Positions 61,367 to 64,000 of a stretch of 64,000 bases of DNA are shown here, piece by piece. A model generated the notes under the pieces. The model did not search any database, was not told where the DNA came from, and saw only the letters and a program-made list of their open reading frames with translations. A program made the translations under genes and the position numbers. This DNA is from Candidatus Latescibacterota bacterium (GTDB lineage Bacteria; Latescibacterota; UBA2968; GCA-2709665), in NCBI GenBank assembly GCA_965205485.1, contig OZ242180.1, positions 96,001-160,000 of the forward strand, written 5' to 3'. Position 1 is the first letter of the stretch. The number at the start of each line of letters is the position of its first letter.

Positions 61367-63477
61367 AGGTCGACCTGGATGGCGCCGTACAGGCCGAAAG
61401 GCGGCGCCGGAATTACCGACACCGCGCCGAACCCGCGCGTCTCGTACTCGCGATTGGTCAGATTCCTGGCATTAAACCTGATTGTCGCATGCCCGTATGT
61501 GTACGATGCGGAAGCGTCAAACGTCAGCACGGCGCCGATACTGTAATGATTGTCCTCGGCGATGAACTGGCTGCCGACGTACCTGGCGCCCAATCCGAGT
61601 TCGATTCCGCTCTCGAAGCCAAGCGCGCTCCATACATTCAGAATGTGTCCGGGCGAGAAGGCCGGCCTGTTGCCGGACCGGTCCAGGTGTCGGAATTGCA
61701 TCCCGGTGGGCGTGGGTACGGCCAACATCTCTGTAAACCGGGTCAGCTCCGCGTTGGAATACGCGTAAGTCAGAAAGACGTGGCACCCGCCGCCGGGATG
61801 CGCCATCACTTCCAGTTCCATGCCCCGCGACCGCTGGTCCCCGTCCTGTTTTGTCACGCCGGTCTCATCCGGAATGCCTATGTCGTATTTACGCAGATCG
61901 AAGACCGCCAGTGACGCGTGAAGGCGGTTGTCGACGAGGTATTTCTTCGCTCCGGCCTCGAACTGCGTGGCCGATTCGACGTCCCGTGGCCCCGCGACGA
62001 GGCTCGACGGCGGCGCGAAGGCCTTGCCTGCGCTGGCATAGAGGGTCAGGTCTTCCGCGGGATTCAGCGCCACACCCGCCATCGGGCTCAACTCGTTGAA
62101 CGCTCTCGACGTCGACGTGACCGGGTCGTCGTACCGGATCCGGTCGAAGCGAACGCCCGCGAAAGCCTGGAAGAAATCGGAAAAGACAATCCGGTCGACG
62201 ACAAATGGCGCAACAACCCCGCTGGTCGCATCGGCCGCGCGGGACTGACCCGGTACGACGAAATACGGCAGCGCGGCCGTTTCGACCGGCGCATACAGAT
62301 CAATATTCGGCAGAACCGCGACGTCGAGCGTAAACGTGTCCTGCCACCGCATCAATTCCAGACCCGCCAGCAGCGTATGCCTCGCCTGTCCCGTGGAGAA
62401 CGAGAACACAAACTCAGACTGATTGCCCAGCACCTTCTGCCGGTCGTCGAGGAGCAGCAGCGTTCTGACCAGGTCCTGGCTTCCCGCGGCGTTGGGATAC
62501 ACGCCGTTGAACAGCGTACCATTGGAGATCCAGGAAAAATCCGTAAAATACAGCTTATTGCGCAACGTAACCCGCGGAGACAACCGGGTCTGGACATCCA
62601 ACCGCACCCGATAGATCTCCTGGTCCGAAACATCGAACGGGGACTGATAGGAGCGGGTCCGCGGCACGTCCGCCAGTTGCTCTCCCGTTACGGGCAAACC
62701 CGAGTCGGACTTGTACTCGCTGGTTACGTATTCGAAGTTTGCCGTGGCTGTCGTCCTTTCGTTTCGCACGGTAACGGCCGGGTTCAACGCCCAGATCCCG
62801 CTGCTCTTGTCGTCACGGTAGTTGTCAGAGACCTCGCGGAGGCCGTTGAAACGCACGGCCGCGCCCGCGGCGGGGTCCCCCCAGCCGGCGTCGACGCTAC
62901 TTCGTACACTCCCGTAGGGTCCGTAAGCGCCCCTGGCCTGAAACAAGCGCTTGAAGACGGGTTGCTTCCGGTTCAGATTCACCGATCCGGACAGCGGATT
63001 GCCGCCGTAGAGAAACGCGCCCGGTCCCTTCAGCACCTCCACCCGGTCGAGGTTGTAAAGATTGTAGAACGTGGCCTCAGGCTCGGAAGCGCCGTCCGTC
63101 AGCACCAGCCCGCTGGACAGCGAGTCGAATCCGCGAATCACGAAAAAGTCCGTCACACCGAACACCGTCTGCACGTTCACGCCGCTCACGTTTCGCAGCG
63201 CGTCCCCGAGGACCACACCGCTCTGATGTTCGATCAGCCCGCGGTTGACCACGCTGACGCTGGCGGGCGTTTCACTCAGAGGTACGGGGATCTTGCTGGC
63301 GACGGAACCGATCGTGGCGACTTTCTCCTTGCTCTCGGTCACCACGATCTCTTCACCCGCGTAAACCGGCAGGTCATCGCCGGCTTCCTCGCCGGCCTCA
63401 TCGTCCGCGGAAAACGCCGTGTTCAAAGCCAGACCCAGAAAAACGGCGGTCAGCAAACCCGTTCGCAAAAACAACAT
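61363..63477 (-). CDS. TonB-dependent outer-membrane receptor (siderophore-receptor-like)
   Basis: Signal peptide, EEIVVT TonB box, ETPASVSVV, IRGF, RVEVLKGP, NLTNREY; overlaps the ligase start. Confidence 0.92.
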   Translation of the reverse strand: MLFLRTGLLTAVFLGLALNTAFSADDEAGEEAGDDLPVYAGEEIVVTESKEKVATIGSVASKIPVPLSETPASVSVVNRGLIEHQSGVVLGDALRNVSGVNVQTVFGVTDFFVIRGFDSLSSGLVLTDGASEPEATFYNLYNLDRVEVLKGPGAFLYGGNPLSGSVNLNRKQPVFKRLFQARGAYGPYGSVRSSVDAGWGDPAAGAAVRFNGLREVSDNYRDDKSSGIWALNPAVTVRNERTTATANFEYVTSEYKSDSGLPVTGEQLADVPRTRSYQSPFDVSDQEIYRVRLDVQTRLSPRVTLRNKLYFTDFSWISNGTLFNGVYPNAAGSQDLVRTLLLLDDRQKVLGNQSEFVFSFSTGQARHTLLAGLELMRWQDTFTLDVAVLPNIDLYAPVETAALPYFVVPGQSRAADATSGVVAPFVVDRIVFSDFFQAFAGVRFDRIRYDDPVTSTSRAFNELSPMAGVALNPAEDLTLYASAGKAFAPPSSLVAGPRDVESATQFEAGAKKYLVDNRLHASLAVFDLRKYDIGIPDETGVTKQDGDQRSRGMELEVMAHPGGGCHVFLTYAYSNAELTRFTEMLAVPTPTGMQFRHLDRSGNRPAFSPGHILNVWSALGFESGIELGLGARYVGSQFIAEDNHYSIGAVLTFDASASYTYGHATIRFNARNLTNREYETRGFGAVSVIPAPPFGLYGAIQVDL

Positions 63478-63501
63478 GAAATATCCTTTCACCAGTACAT
63501 C

Positions 63502-64000
63502 CTATCCACCGGACCGGAGATCCAGGCAGACGATCTTCCGCATATCCCTGACGAACACGCGGCCGTTGGCCAGCGTCGGCATCGTCCAGCTTCGGCCGTC
63601 AAGCACTTGCGCGCCGGCTTTTTCCTCGAATCCTTCCGGCGTCGCCTTTGCAAGGGCCAGCCTTCCGTTGTCACTCATCAGCAGGAGATGGCCGTCGGCG
63701 TAGATCAACGCCCCCTTGCCAAACCCGCGGTGTTTCCACTGCTCTTTCCCCGTCCGCGCTTCGATGCACTTCAGGATGGCGTTATCGAATCCGTACAGAT
63801 AGTCCCCGACCAGCACGGACGTGCCGAAATGGTTCTTCATCCGCCGGCTCTCCCAGACCCGGGCCACCGAGAACCCATCGCCGTTTGCCTGGATTCGCAA
63901 AAGGGCCGCGCCGTGGTCATAGCCCGAGGAGATGAAGACCTGGTTCGGCGGCACGAGGATCGGCGTTGCGATGTTCAGATCGTACGACGTCTTCCAGGGA
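63502..64000 (-). CDS. PQQ-like beta-propeller protein (C-terminal part, runs off window end)
   Basis: NIATP, VFISSGY, CIEARTGKEQW and WTMPTLANGRVFVRD. Confidence 0.85.
   Translation of the reverse strand, partial: PWKTSYDLNIATPILVPPNQVFISSGYDHGAALLRIQANGDGFSVARVWESRRMKNHFGTSVLVGDYLYGFDNAILKCIEARTGKEQWKHRGFGKGALIYADGHLLLMSDNGRLALAKATPEGFEEKAGAQVLDGRSWTMPTLANGRVFVRDMRKIVCLDLRSGG

Overview
GC-rich bacterial chromosomal window. The gene content (tandem secreted WD40 proteins with dockerin/EF-hand-like tails, PhyH dioxygenases, PQQ-like propellers, a DGGGP-synthase-like UbiA) resembles sponge-associated or FCB-group lineages; this is inference only. 1-8.0 kb is housekeeping: partial vWA membrane protein, tsaD, small Zn-ribbon protein, XPB-like helicase, UbiA prenyltransferase, ligA and tRNA-Ala(GGC). 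8.9-24.0 kb is a partly lower-GC defence island next to the tRNA. It holds a type I R-M system whose hsdS-hsdR gap carries a PIN protein, a disrupted HEPN gene, an Mrr-like nuclease, two diverged TIR + small membrane protein pairs and a decayed second hsdR 5' end; three orphan genes follow hsdR. Next come a RAYT transposase with GTAG REPs (24-25 kb), four secreted WD40/metalloprotease/Ig/dockerin-like paralogues (26.5-38.1 kb), catabolic genes (38.4-45.5 kb) and an orphan antitoxin. A ~17 kb minus-strand gene run (47.2-64 kb) combines a TonB receptor, aryl-CoA ligase, flavin halogenase-like enzyme, GT4, thioesterase and ABC/TRAP transporters. Several genes have single-base frameshifts that may be long-read errors. 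The best candidates for an undescribed system are the TIR + membrane-protein cassette inside the R-M operon and the halogenase cluster. All family calls come from motifs read by eye; no database search was run.
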